Numbered from the stretch's first letter, positions 33,127 to 43,805 are shown. The stretch: DNA of 64,000 bases from an uncultured Stenotrophomonas sp. (GCF_913775725.1 NZ_CAJYNG010000014.1); one strand, 5' to 3'. Numbers and translations are program-made. The notes: a model not told the origin generated them from the letters alone.

Positions 33127-34620
33127 TCAGGAATGCGAGGAATCGGAATGGGAGGCGATCGGTGCGCGGTCGGCGTCAGCGGGCTGGAAACCACCACCCA
33201 GCGCCTTGCTCAGGCGCACCGAGGTCTGCACCTGCTGCGACTGCAGGCCGGCCAGCTGCTGCTGCGACTGCAGCAGGGTGGACTGCGCGGTCAGCACGTC
33301 CAGGTAGCTGCCGATGCCGGCGCGGTAGCGCTGCTGGGCCAGGTCGAAGGCCGAGCGTGCAGTGTCCACCGCCTGCTGCTGCGAGTGCGCCTGCTGCGCG
33401 AGCGAACGCACCGCGTTGACCTGGTCGGCAACGTCGCGCAGTGCGTCTAGCACGGCCTGGTTGTAGTTGGCCACCGCCAGGTCGTACTGCGCATCGGTGT
33501 TGGCCAGGTTGGCGCGCAGCTTGCCGCCCTCGAAGATCGGCAGGCTCAGCGCCGGGCCGATGTAGGCGAAGGTGGAGCTGCTCTTCAGCAGGTCGCCCAC
33601 GTTCGGGGCGACCACGCCGGCCAGCGCGGTCAGGTTGAAGCTCGGATAGAACTTGGTCTTGGCGACCTTGATCTGCTTGTCGGCCGCTTCCACGCGCCAG
33701 CGGGCGGCGACGATGTCGGGGCGACGGCCGAGCAGTTCGCTGGGCAGCACGCCCGGCAGCTGCAGCGCCATCGGGTTCAACGGCTGCGGGCGCTGGATCG
33801 ACAGGCCACGGTCCGGGCCTTTGCCAACCAGTGCGGCCAGCGCTGTGCGGGCGGCATCGATGCGCTGCTGCGCGGCCAGCACCTGCTGCTGCGCGGCTGG
33901 CACGCGGGCCTCGGCCTGGCGCACCTGCAGATCGCTGTCGATCCCGGCGCCGCGACGCTGGCGGGTCAGCTGCAGCGACTTCTGCGAGCGGTTCAGTTCT
34001 TCCTCGGCCACGTCGTTGAGCTGCCATGCGTAAGCCAGATCGGCATAGGCCTGGGCAATGCCGGTGGACAGGTTCAGGCGTGCGGCCTGGGCATCGACGG
34101 TGGCGGCATGCGCGCCATCCACCGCAGCTTCCCAGGCAGCGCGCTTGCCGCCCCATAGATCGACGCCGTAGCTGAAATCGAAGGCGACCTGACTGCTGCC
34201 GCCATAGCGACCGCCCATTTCACTGCCGACCATCGACTCGGGCAGGCGCAGGCCGGTGTAGCCACCGGACACCGACAGGCTGGGCAGCTCATCGGCGCGT
34301 GCGGTGCCGACCTGGGCCTGGGCCTGGCGCAGGCGCGCGTCGGCGGCGTCCAGGCTCGGGTGGCCAGCCAGGCCCTCGGCAATCAGCGCATCCAGCTGCG
34401 CATCGCCCAATGCCTTCCACCAATCCTGCGCCGGGAAACCGGTGGCGCTCAGATCGGTATCGGCCAGGGTGCGTTCGCTGTGCAGGCTGTCCACATCAAG
34501 CACGTGGCCCTGCGGGTTGAGACCACGACTGCTTGCGCAGGCGGCCAGGGCCAGGGCCAGCGCTGATACCAGCAGCGCGCGCCCGGACCGGCGGAGAGTG
34601 GAATGCGGGATCGGGTTCAT
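33127..34620 (-). CDS. emrC: outer-membrane efflux lipoprotein, NodT family (emrC-like)
   Basis: Lipobox LALAAC and OEP repeats. Its start overlaps the emrR stop (ATGA). From memory, this layout corresponds to the emrRCAB operon described in S. maltophilia. Confidence 0.85.
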   Translation of the reverse strand: MNPIPHSTLRRSGRALLVSALALALAACASSRGLNPQGHVLDVDSLHSERTLADTDLSATGFPAQDWWKALGDAQLDALIAEGLAGHPSLDAADARLRQAQAQVGTARADELPSLSVSGGYTGLRLPESMVGSEMGGRYGGSSQVAFDFSYGVDLWGGKRAAWEAAVDGAHAATVDAQAARLNLSTGIAQAYADLAYAWQLNDVAEEELNRSQKSLQLTRQRRGAGIDSDLQVRQAEARVPAAQQQVLAAQQRIDAARTALAALVGKGPDRGLSIQRPQPLNPMALQLPGVLPSELLGRRPDIVAARWRVEAADKQIKVAKTKFYPSFNLTALAGVVAPNVGDLLKSSSTFAYIGPALSLPIFEGGKLRANLANTDAQYDLAVANYNQAVLDALRDVADQVNAVRSLAQQAHSQQQAVDTARSAFDLAQQRYRAGIGSYLDVLTAQSTLLQSQQQLAGLQSQQVQTSVRLSKALGGGFQPADADRAPIASHSDSSHS

Positions 34621-35060
34621 GGGGTCGTCAGTGAATCGCGGATTCGGGTAAGGAGGGACAGCAGCAGCGTGCGCTCATCGGCGGAAAGATCACGTAGTGC
34701 GTAATCCATCACCGCATCGCCGCGCAGCTTCAGCCGCGCCCACAGCGCGCGACCTTCATCGGTCAGCACGATCTGCAGCGCACGCCGGTCCAGGGCATGT
34801 GGCTCGCGGCGCACGCAGCCCAGCGCTTCCAGCTTGTCCAGCAGGCGGGTCACCGCGCTGGGCACCTGGTCGATGGCCTGGGCCAGTTCGTTGGCGGTAC
34901 ACGGGGCCATGTTCGAAAGCACCTTCAGCCCGATGTAATGGGTGAAGCCGATACCCAGATCTTCTTCGGCCATGGACGCATCGAGCTGGCGGACCAGGCC
35001 GTCGCGCACCTGGCGCAGCAGCAGGCCGAAGCTGGGGGGAGTGGTTGCAGGACAGATCAT
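34617..35060 (-). CDS. emrR: MarR-family repressor (emrR-like), first gene of the efflux operon
   Basis: Start at M20 of the tracked ORF (ATG 35060). It has the winged-helix MarR core ...TANELAQAIDQVPSAVTRLLDKLEALGCVRREPHALDRRA. Confidence 0.85.
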   Translation of the reverse strand: MICPATTPPSFGLLLRQVRDGLVRQLDASMAEEDLGIGFTHYIGLKVLSNMAPCTANELAQAIDQVPSAVTRLLDKLEALGCVRREPHALDRRALQIVLTDEGRALWARLKLRGDAVMDYALRDLSADERTLLLSLLTRIRDSLTTP

Positions 35061-35084
35061 GGGGGAGCATTCTCTTCCAAAAAA

Positions 35085-35122
35085 AATATTTCTCAATGGA
35101 AATATTCGATCTGGCATCGAAT
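35085..35122. promoter_or_regulatory. two overlapping perfect palindromes in the AT-rich emrR / araC-type divergent region (candidate operators)
   Basis: AATATTTC-N6-GAAATATT (35085-35106) and ATTCGAT-N5-ATCGAAT (35104-35122). They lie 25-62 nt upstream of the emrR ATG. Confidence 0.55.
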
Positions 35123-35205
35123 GCTGTGTTGCAGCAGCGGGCTGGATCAGTGAAGGCGCCTACCTTAATGATCTGGTCAGGTGGCCCGGTAGTACAATTC
35201 AGCCA

Positions 35206-36114
35206 ATGGATGTCACATTTCAGCCAGCGGATATGATGAACAAGGCAGAAATTCCCCCTTCCAAGCGCCTGCTCAGGGATGACGCACTGGACTGGTTCGA
35301 GCGCAATGACGGGCCACCGGTTGTCGCCTTCCGCTTCGACAGCCCGCAGGGATTGGTTCGAGAGGTGGACTGGCATCATCACCAGCGCGCGCAGCTGATC
35401 TGCGTGGAGCGCGGCCTGTTGACCACCCGTACCTCGCACGGCACCTGGTCACTGGCACCGGGCTCGGCCGGCTGGATGCCGCCACTGGAGCCACATACGG
35501 TCACCCTCGACGGCCCACTGCGCGGCTGGGGCATGGCATTGGCTGCGCCGGACTGCGCCACCCTGCCCTCCGACCCCTGCGTGCTGGGCCTGTCCAAGCT
35601 GGCGCAGGCGTTGGCCGACCGCGTCTGCGAGTGGCCCCTGGGCTACGACACCACGCCCGAGCGCCAGCACATCATCAGCGTGCTGCTGGACGAGATCCGC
35701 ACCGCGCCGCGCCAGCGCATGCATCTGCCGATGCCGCACGACCGGCGCCTGCTGAAGATCGCCTCGCAGCTGCTGGCCGACCCGTCCGACGAACGCAGCC
35801 TGGCCGAATGGGCCCATTGGGCCGGCCTGTCGCCGCGCAGCCTGACCCGTCACTTCCGCGACGAGACCACCCTCAGCTTCGCCCAGTGGCGGCAGCAGGC
35901 CCGACTGTCCGAGGCCCTGCGCCAGCTGACCGAAGGCCGCAGCGTGGCCGATATCGCCCATGCACTGGGTTTCAGCAGCGCCAGCGCCTTCGTCACCGTG
36001 TTCCGCCGCCACTTCGGGCTGCCGCCGGGGCGCTACCTGGCACGGGCCGGGCATGGCCTGGAAACCGGGCTGGACCCTGCACGTGGCTTGGCATCCCCCG
36101 CCGCATCCGGATAA
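35206..36114 (+). CDS. AraC-family transcriptional regulator with N-terminal cupin-type sensor domain
   Basis: The C-terminal double HTH ...SLAEWAHWAGLSPRSLTRHFRDETTLSFAQWRQQARLSEALRQL...IAHALGFSSASAFVTVFRRHFGLPPGRY is canonical AraC. The start could also be ATG 35233. Confidence 0.85.
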   Translation: MDVTFQPADMMNKAEIPPSKRLLRDDALDWFERNDGPPVVAFRFDSPQGLVREVDWHHHQRAQLICVERGLLTTRTSHGTWSLAPGSAGWMPPLEPHTVTLDGPLRGWGMALAAPDCATLPSDPCVLGLSKLAQALADRVCEWPLGYDTTPERQHIISVLLDEIRTAPRQRMHLPMPHDRRLLKIASQLLADPSDERSLAEWAHWAGLSPRSLTRHFRDETTLSFAQWRQQARLSEALRQLTEGRSVADIAHALGFSSASAFVTVFRRHFGLPPGRYLARAGHGLETGLDPARGLASPAASG

Positions 36115-36174
36115 TCACAGGATTGCGAGCGGCGACCGCCGTCGCCGCCTCCCGACAACAGGTAACAACGCCGC

Positions 36175-38418
<2,244 letters not shown>

Positions 38419-38442
38419 GGGCTGGGGCCCTGCCCCTGGTGG

Positions 38443-38497
38443 GTGTCAACCTTGGTTGACACGCCTTGCCCCGGTAGACGCCAACCTCGGTTGGCGT
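38443..38497. repeat. two palindromic repeats (GTGTCAACC and GTAG-ACGCCAACC variants)
   Basis: Units gtgtcaaccttggttgacac (38443-38462) and ccgGTAGacgccaacctcggttggcgt (38471-38497). Confidence 0.8.
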
Positions 38498-38510
38498 TTT
38501 CCATCCCAAT

Positions 38511-38549
38511 GGGGTCAGAGCCGTTTTCGTTGAAAACGGATCCGACCCC
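38511..38549. repeat. GGGGTCAGAGCC...GGATCCGACCCC long palindrome (third family)
   Basis: Sequence ggggtcagagccgttttcgttgaaaacggatccgacccc. Confidence 0.8.
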
Positions 38550-38556
38550 GGACACG

Positions 38557-38585
38557 AAAAAGCCGGGGCATTCCCCGGCTTTTTC
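38557..38585. terminator. bidirectional intrinsic terminator between convergent parC and bfr
   Basis: aaaa-agccgggg-catt-ccccggct-tttt. Confidence 0.8.
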
Positions 38586-38667
38586 GTTGTCGGCTGGCGG
38601 GCGGTGGAGCGGCTGGCTGGCGAAGGCTGGCTGGCGATGCTCCGGTGCTGGCGGGCGACAGAACCTT

Positions 38668-38763
38668 TGTAGCGTCGAGCGGTGCTCGACTCGGATCCAA
38701 CAGCAGCCGAGCATGGCTCGGCTCTACATGAAGCGAGGCAGCCGAGCATGGCTCGGCTCTACA
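38668..38763. repeat. three SMAG-type repeats
   Basis: Units tGTAGcgtcgagcggtgctcgac (38668-38690), agccgagcatggctcggctCTACa (38705-38728), and an identical copy at 38740-38763. Confidence 0.85.
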
Positions 38764-38778
38764 GAGAGCGGTGCCGGC

Positions 38779-39267
38779 TCAGTGCGCCGGGGCGCCGTTG
38801 CCGTCGATCTTGCTCAGCTGGTACAGCTCCAGGCCGATGCGCTTGATCAGGCCCAGCTGCTGCTCCAGCCACCAGGCATGGTCTTCCTCGGTGTCCTTCA
38901 ACTGCGCCAGCAGGATGTCGCGGCTCACGTAGTCGCCGTTCTCTTCGCACAGCTTCATGCCGGCGGCGAGATTGTTCCGAACCGCGTATTCAGTGTCGAG
39001 ATCCTTCTGCAGCATCTCTTCCACGGTCTTGCCCGGCTCGGTGGCATGCGGGCGCATGTCCGGGTCGCCGCCGAGGAACAGGATCCGGCGCAGAAGCGCA
39101 TCGGCATGCTGGGTTTCCTCTTCCATCTCGTGGTTCAGGCGTTCGTACAGCGCGAACAGGCCCTGGTCCTCGTAGCGGCGGGAATGGATGAAGTACTGGT
39201 CGCGGGCAGCAAGCTCGCCGCGCAGCAGTTCCTTCAGGCAGGCGATGACGTCCGGGTTGCCTTTCAT
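38779..39267 (-). CDS. bacterioferritin-family ferritin (Bfr-like; canonical haem-ligand Met52 position is Thr)
   Basis: Start at M16 of the tracked ORF (ATG 39267). It is colinear with E. coli Bfr (MKG...ELxAxxQYFxH...HAD...ILFL). Ferroxidase ligands E18, E51, H54, E94, E127 and H130 are present by hand alignment, but residue 52 is T. Confidence 0.85.
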   Translation of the reverse strand: MKGNPDVIACLKELLRGELAARDQYFIHSRRYEDQGLFALYERLNHEMEEETQHADALLRRILFLGGDPDMRPHATEPGKTVEEMLQKDLDTEYAVRNNLAAGMKLCEENGDYVSRDILLAQLKDTEEDHAWWLEQQLGLIKRIGLELYQLSKIDGNGAPAH

Positions 39268-39390
39268 GGGGGGCTCCTGTGAATCGATGTGACATAGGGT
39301 GCCGCATTTCAAAATACGGTGATCTAATCGGAATCAGTCGCAGTTGCGCCTGCGGCTACAATCGGCCTACGAGTTCGGAAAGGACGTGCG

Positions 39391-41718
39391 ATGCGACGTA
39401 CATGGCGTTGGGTGCTGGGCGTGTTGATCGCCATCGTGCTGGTCACCGCACTGGTCCTGTGGCTGCTGCTGCGCGGCAGCCTGGCCGACCTGGACGGCAA
39501 GCATGCGCTGCCGGGGCTGGCCAAGCCGGTCACCATCGAGCGCGATGCGCTGGGCGTGGTCACCATCACTGCCGGCAGTCAGGCCGACGCGATGCGCGCA
39601 CTCGGCCGCGTGCATGCGCAGGAACGCTATTTCGAAATGGATCTGATGCGCCGCAGTGCCGCCGGTGAGCTGTCGGCGCTGTTCGGACCCAAGGCCATCG
39701 ATGCCGACAAACGCATGCGCGTGCATCGCCTGCGCGCACGCACCGAGGCGAATCTGCAGGCCGCGCTGGGCGACAACGGCGCGGCCGTTCGTGCCTACGT
39801 CGACGGTGTCAACGAAGGGCTGGCCAGCCTTTCCGTGCGGCCGTGGGCGTACCTGCTGCTTCGGCAATCGCCGCAGCCCTGGCAGGCCAGCGACAGCGTG
39901 CTGACCGGTCTGGCCATGTACGCCGACCTGCAGGACCCGAACAACCAGACCGAGCTTGCGCTCAGCCGCATCCGCGCGGTGGTGCCGGCAGCGCTGTACG
40001 CGCTGATCGCCCACGACGGCACCGAATGGGATGCGCCACTGTTCGGCGAACCGACCGGCAACGCCGCCCTGCCCGATGCCAGCCAGCTCGATCTGCGCAC
40101 ATTGAAGGGAAAACCGGGCACCGAGCAGGAAGAGGCCGACGTCATCGGCAGCAACAACTTCGCGGTGGCCGGTGCACTCACCGCCGACGGCCGGGCCATC
40201 GTCGCCGACGACATGCACCTGGGCCTGCGTGCGCCGGGGCTGTGGTTCCGGGTGCGCCTGCGTTATCCGGACCCGCAGGCCGCCGGCGGCCAAGTCGACG
40301 TCACCGGCTTCTCGCTGCCCGGCCTGCCGGCGGTGATCGTTGGCAGCAACGGGCACGTGGCCTGGGGCTTCACCAACAGTTACATCGACACCGCCGACTA
40401 CCGCACTGAACCGGCCAACGCCGCGGTCACGGTGCATGAAGAGCGCATCGCCGTGGCCGGCCAGGCCGACGTGCTGTTCCCGGTGCGCGAAACCGACTGG
40501 GGTCCGATCCTGCATGCCCATGCAGATGGCAGCGGCGATGCTCTGCGCTGGGTGGCACACCTGCCCGGCGCGGTGCGCCTGGATTTCGGCGATCTGGCCC
40601 GCGCTGGCGACCTCGACAGCGCCCTGCGCTTCGCCGACCGTGCTGGTATTCCCGCACAGAACCTGGTGGTCGGCGACCGCAGCGGACGCATCGCCTGGCG
40701 CCTGATAGGCGCCCGCCCCGACCGAGGCCCCGGCTGCGCACCGGCCGGCTTCACGGCCGCCAACAACCAACACTGCGCACCCTGGCCGATCCGCAGCGAC
40801 GCGTCACCCGCGCTGATCGATCCCTCCAACCATCGCCTGTGGACCGCCAACGGTCGCGTCCTCGACGGCGAGGCACTGGCCACCGTCGGCAATGGCGGTT
40901 ACGACCTCGGTGCCCGTGCGCGGCAGATTCGTGATCTGCTGGCGGTCCAGGAACGCTTCGACGAACACGATCTGCTGGCGATCCAGCTCGATGATCGCGC
41001 CGTGTTCCTGCAGCGCTGGTGGGCCCTGCTGCACGACGTCATCGAACGCAGTGACGACCCCGCCCTGAAGCGTTTGAAGGCGGTCAGCCATCAATGGGGC
41101 GGCCGCGCTTCGGCCAGTTCGGTCAGCTACCGGGTGGTGCGTGAATTCCGTACGCAGGTGATGGAGACGTTGTCCGATGCACTGCTGGCACCGGCCAACG
41201 CGGCACTGGGCGATGACTATCTGGACCCGCGTCTGGCGCAGCTGGAAGGCGTGGCCTGGCCGATGCTGCAAGAGCGTCCGGCCAATCTGCTGCCGCCCGC
41301 CTTCGTCAGCTGGGACGCGCTGCTGATCGATGCCGCCCGCCGTACCGAGAGCGAGCTGTCCAAGCAGGGGCCGCTGGCCAAGCGCAGCTGGGGCGAACGC
41401 AATACTGCGGCGATCTGCCATCCCATCGCCCGGGCGTTGCCGGACATCGCCAAGCGCTGGCTGTGCATGCCCGCCGACCGCCTGCCCGGCGACCGCGACA
41501 TGCCGCGCGTGCAGACCCCCAACTTCGGTGCCTCCGAGCGCATGGTGGTTTCGCCGGGCCACGAAAGCGACGGCATCGTGCATATGCCCGGTGGGCAGAG
41601 CGGGCATCCGCTCTCGCCGTACTGGGGTGCCGGCCACGAGGACTGGGTACATGGGCGCCCGACGCCGTTCCTGCCCGGCGCGGCGCAGCACACGATGACG
41701 CTGGTGCCTGCACGTTGA
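39391..41718 (+). CDS. penicillin-acylase-family Ntn-hydrolase (possible acyl-homoserine-lactone/penicillin acylase), N-terminal membrane anchor
   Basis: 775 aa. N-terminal TM RWVLGVLIAIVLVTALVLWLLL. The GSNNFAV block is typical of the autoproteolytic Ser nucleophile site of this family. The substrate is not predictable from sequence. Confidence 0.8.
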   Translation: MRRTWRWVLGVLIAIVLVTALVLWLLLRGSLADLDGKHALPGLAKPVTIERDALGVVTITAGSQADAMRALGRVHAQERYFEMDLMRRSAAGELSALFGPKAIDADKRMRVHRLRARTEANLQAALGDNGAAVRAYVDGVNEGLASLSVRPWAYLLLRQSPQPWQASDSVLTGLAMYADLQDPNNQTELALSRIRAVVPAALYALIAHDGTEWDAPLFGEPTGNAALPDASQLDLRTLKGKPGTEQEEADVIGSNNFAVAGALTADGRAIVADDMHLGLRAPGLWFRVRLRYPDPQAAGGQVDVTGFSLPGLPAVIVGSNGHVAWGFTNSYIDTADYRTEPANAAVTVHEERIAVAGQADVLFPVRETDWGPILHAHADGSGDALRWVAHLPGAVRLDFGDLARAGDLDSALRFADRAGIPAQNLVVGDRSGRIAWRLIGARPDRGPGCAPAGFTAANNQHCAPWPIRSDASPALIDPSNHRLWTANGRVLDGEALATVGNGGYDLGARARQIRDLLAVQERFDEHDLLAIQLDDRAVFLQRWWALLHDVIERSDDPALKRLKAVSHQWGGRASASSVSYRVVREFRTQVMETLSDALLAPANAALGDDYLDPRLAQLEGVAWPMLQERPANLLPPAFVSWDALLIDAARRTESELSKQGPLAKRSWGERNTAAICHPIARALPDIAKRWLCMPADRLPGDRDMPRVQTPNFGASERMVVSPGHESDGIVHMPGGQSGHPLSPYWGAGHEDWVHGRPTPFLPGAAQHTMTLVPAR

Positions 41719-41723
41719 CGATC

Positions 41724-41764
41724 GGAGTCAGATCCCTTTCCCAAGGGAAAGGGATCTGACCCCA
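41724..41764. repeat. GTCAGATCCCTTTCC...GGAAAGGGATCTGAC long palindrome (third family) between convergent acylase and asnB
   Basis: Sequence ggagtcagatccctttcccaagggaaagggatctgacccc, a 15-bp perfect stem. Confidence 0.85.
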
Positions 41765-41776
41765 TCCTCTCCTGTT

Positions 41777-43468
41777 CTACGCCAACGCCTGCTCATGCAC
41801 GCCGGCAATCGCACGGCCGGACGGATCGGCCGCAGCGGCGAAACTGGCATCCCACGCGATCGCCGCTGGCGACGAACAGGCGATCGACTTGCCGCCCGGC
41901 ACGGTCTCGGCCGCCGCGCGGCTCGGGAAGAACTGTTCGAACAGATGGCGGTAGTAGTACGCCTCCTTGGTCTGCGGCGGGTTGTGCGGGAAGCGCTTGT
42001 CGGCGGCCGCCAGCACGCGATCACTGACCTGCGCCTCGGCGTGCGCCTTCAGCCCGTCGATCCAGCCATAGCCGACGCCGTCGCTGAACTGCTCCTTCTG
42101 CCGCCACAGGATGCTGTCCGGCAGGTAGCCATCGAACGCCTCGCGCAGCACCGCCTTCTCGATGCGGCGACCACCAAAGCCGGCGCCGACCATCTTGTGC
42201 GCGGCATCGAAGCGCATCGCCACATCGAGGAATTCACGGTCCAGGAACGGTACGCGCGGCTCCACGCCCCAGGCCATCATCGACTTGTTGGCACGCAGGC
42301 AGTCGTAGTTGTGCAGGGCGTCGAGCTTGCGCACCAGCTCGTCGTGGAATTCACGCGCATCCGGCGCCTTGTGGAAGTACAGGTAGCCACCGAAGATCTC
42401 GTCGCTGCCCTCGCCGGACAGCACCATCTTCACGCCCATCGCCTTGATCCGCCTTGCCAGCAGGAACATCGGCGTCGATGCGCGGATGGTGGTGACGTCG
42501 TAGGTCTCGATGTGGCGGATCACTTCCGGCAACGCGTCGAGGCCTTCCTCGAAGGTGTATTCGAAGCCGTGATGCACGGTGCCGAGCGCCTCGGCAGCGA
42601 CCGCCGCGGCCGCCAGATCGGGCGAGCCCTTCAGGCCGATCGCGAACGAGTGCAGACGCGGCCACCAGGCTTCGGTCTGCCCACCATCCTCGATGCGGCG
42701 ACGCGCGTAGCGTGCGGCAACTGCCGCCACCAGCGATGAATCGAGGCCACCGGACAGCAGCACGCCATACGGCACATCGCTCATCAGCTGGCGTTCCACC
42801 GCGTGCTCGAACGCCTGGCGCAGCTCGGCCAGATCGGCCTGGCGGCCCTGTACGTCGGCATAGTCGCGCCACGGTTGCTGGTAGTAGCGCACCAGCTCAC
42901 CGCTGGCACTGTCGAAGTAGTGGCCCGGCGGAAACTGCGCGACGTCGGCACAGGTATCGACCAGTGCTTTCATTTCCGAGGCCACGCGCAGGCGCCCCTG
43001 GGCATCGTGGCCCCAGTACAGCGGCACCACACCGACCGGGTCGCGCGCCACCAGCACGCGTCCACTCTCACGGTCCCACAACGCGAAGGCGAAGATGCCG
43101 TTGAGCTGTTCCAGCCACTGCGCCGGCGAGCCGCCCTGGCGGTACAGCGCGTTGATCACCTCGCAGTCCGAGCCGGTCTGGAAGTCATAGGCGGTGGTCA
43201 GCGCCGCCTTCAATGCCTGATGGTTGTAGATCTCGCCGTTCACTGCCAGCGCCAGCTGGCCATCGGCCGACAGCAGCGGCTGCGAACCACCGGCCGGGTC
43301 GACGATGGCCAGCCGCTCGTGGACCAGCAGCGCACCTTCGTCGAGGTACACGCCGCTCCAGTCCGGGCCACGGTGGCGCTGGCGCTGCGACAGTTCCAGC
43401 GCATGGCGGCGCAGGGCCGGAAGATCGTCACCGGCCTGCAGGCCGAAGATTCCGAAGATCGAACACAT
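41777..43468 (-). CDS. asnB: asparagine synthetase B (glutamine-hydrolysing)
   Basis: Start at M33 of the tracked ORF (ATG 43468, AGGAG RBS). It has the N-terminal nucleophile MCSIFGIFG and the SGGLDSS PP-loop. The length is 563 aa. Confidence 0.93.
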   Translation of the reverse strand: MCSIFGIFGLQAGDDLPALRRHALELSQRQRHRGPDWSGVYLDEGALLVHERLAIVDPAGGSQPLLSADGQLALAVNGEIYNHQALKAALTTAYDFQTGSDCEVINALYRQGGSPAQWLEQLNGIFAFALWDRESGRVLVARDPVGVVPLYWGHDAQGRLRVASEMKALVDTCADVAQFPPGHYFDSASGELVRYYQQPWRDYADVQGRQADLAELRQAFEHAVERQLMSDVPYGVLLSGGLDSSLVAAVAARYARRRIEDGGQTEAWWPRLHSFAIGLKGSPDLAAAAVAAEALGTVHHGFEYTFEEGLDALPEVIRHIETYDVTTIRASTPMFLLARRIKAMGVKMVLSGEGSDEIFGGYLYFHKAPDAREFHDELVRKLDALHNYDCLRANKSMMAWGVEPRVPFLDREFLDVAMRFDAAHKMVGAGFGGRRIEKAVLREAFDGYLPDSILWRQKEQFSDGVGYGWIDGLKAHAEAQVSDRVLAAADKRFPHNPPQTKEAYYYRHLFEQFFPSRAAAETVPGGKSIACSSPAAIAWDASFAAAADPSGRAIAGVHEQALA

Positions 43469-43550
43469 GGGGGAGCTCCTGTTGGGGAATTTCACGGGTG
43501 GGAAGGTGTTCGACCGGCCATCCAGGCCCGGGTGGGCTGCGCCCGGGCAC

Positions 43551-43578
43551 AAAAAAACCCGCATCGGCTGATGCGGGT
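43551..43578 (-). terminator. intrinsic terminator in the asnB 5' leader (attenuator terminator)
   Basis: The minus strand reads ACCCGCAUC-AGCC-GAUGCGGGU followed by U7. It lies 82 nt upstream of the asnB ATG, and no upstream minus-strand gene exists for it to terminate. Confidence 0.8.
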
Positions 43579-43606
43579 TTTCTGGTGTCCGGGCGTGTGT
43601 TGCTGT

Positions 43607-43708
43607 CTATCTACCCAGGGCGCAGTCCCGCATCGGCCGCGCACGATTATTCGCGCGCAGATTATTGCGGTTGTTGTTATTGACGGCGGTGGCCAGGCGG
43701 ATCGACAT
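43607..43708 (-). CDS. candidate asnB leader peptide, 33 codons, 8 Asn codons (MSIRLATAVNNNNRNNLRANNRARPMRDCALGR)
   Basis: ATG 43708 to TAG 43607-43609. Eight of codons 10-21 are AAU/AAC. The ORF ends 28 nt before the terminator and contains the antiterminator arm. The SD is weak (tagggtcgatgccATG). Confidence 0.6.
   Translation of the reverse strand: MSIRLATAVNNNNRNNLRANNRARPMRDCALGR
43626..43638 (-). promoter_or_regulatory. candidate antiterminator arm (direct repeat of terminator 3' arm)
   Basis: The minus strand GGCCGAUGCGGGA repeats the terminator loop plus 3' arm (GCCGAUGCGGG). It can therefore pair with the terminator 5' arm CCCGCAUC-A-GCC (8+3 bp). Confidence 0.6.
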
Positions 43709-43805
43709 GGCATCGACCCTACCCCGGTTTCCGGCGCGGTGCAACAGTTGCGTCAGCAACCACGCCTGGGGCGCATAATGGCGCGCCCTGAACCGTGTAA
43801 CAGGA

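Noticed and set aside
38668-38763. Regularly recurring ~24-nt repeats that might suggest a CRISPR array (also at 8053-8110 and elsewhere).
   Set aside because: The units are themselves palindromic, occur in both orientations and have irregular spacing of 10-20 nt. Identical units are dispersed all over the window and no cas genes are present. They are REP/SMAG-type elements, not CRISPR.
39268-39390. A Fur box upstream of the ferritin gene.
   Set aside because: The best candidates (gatctaatcggaatcagtc, gaatcgatgtgacata) match the GATAATGATAATCATTATC consensus in only a few positions. This is not convincing by eye.
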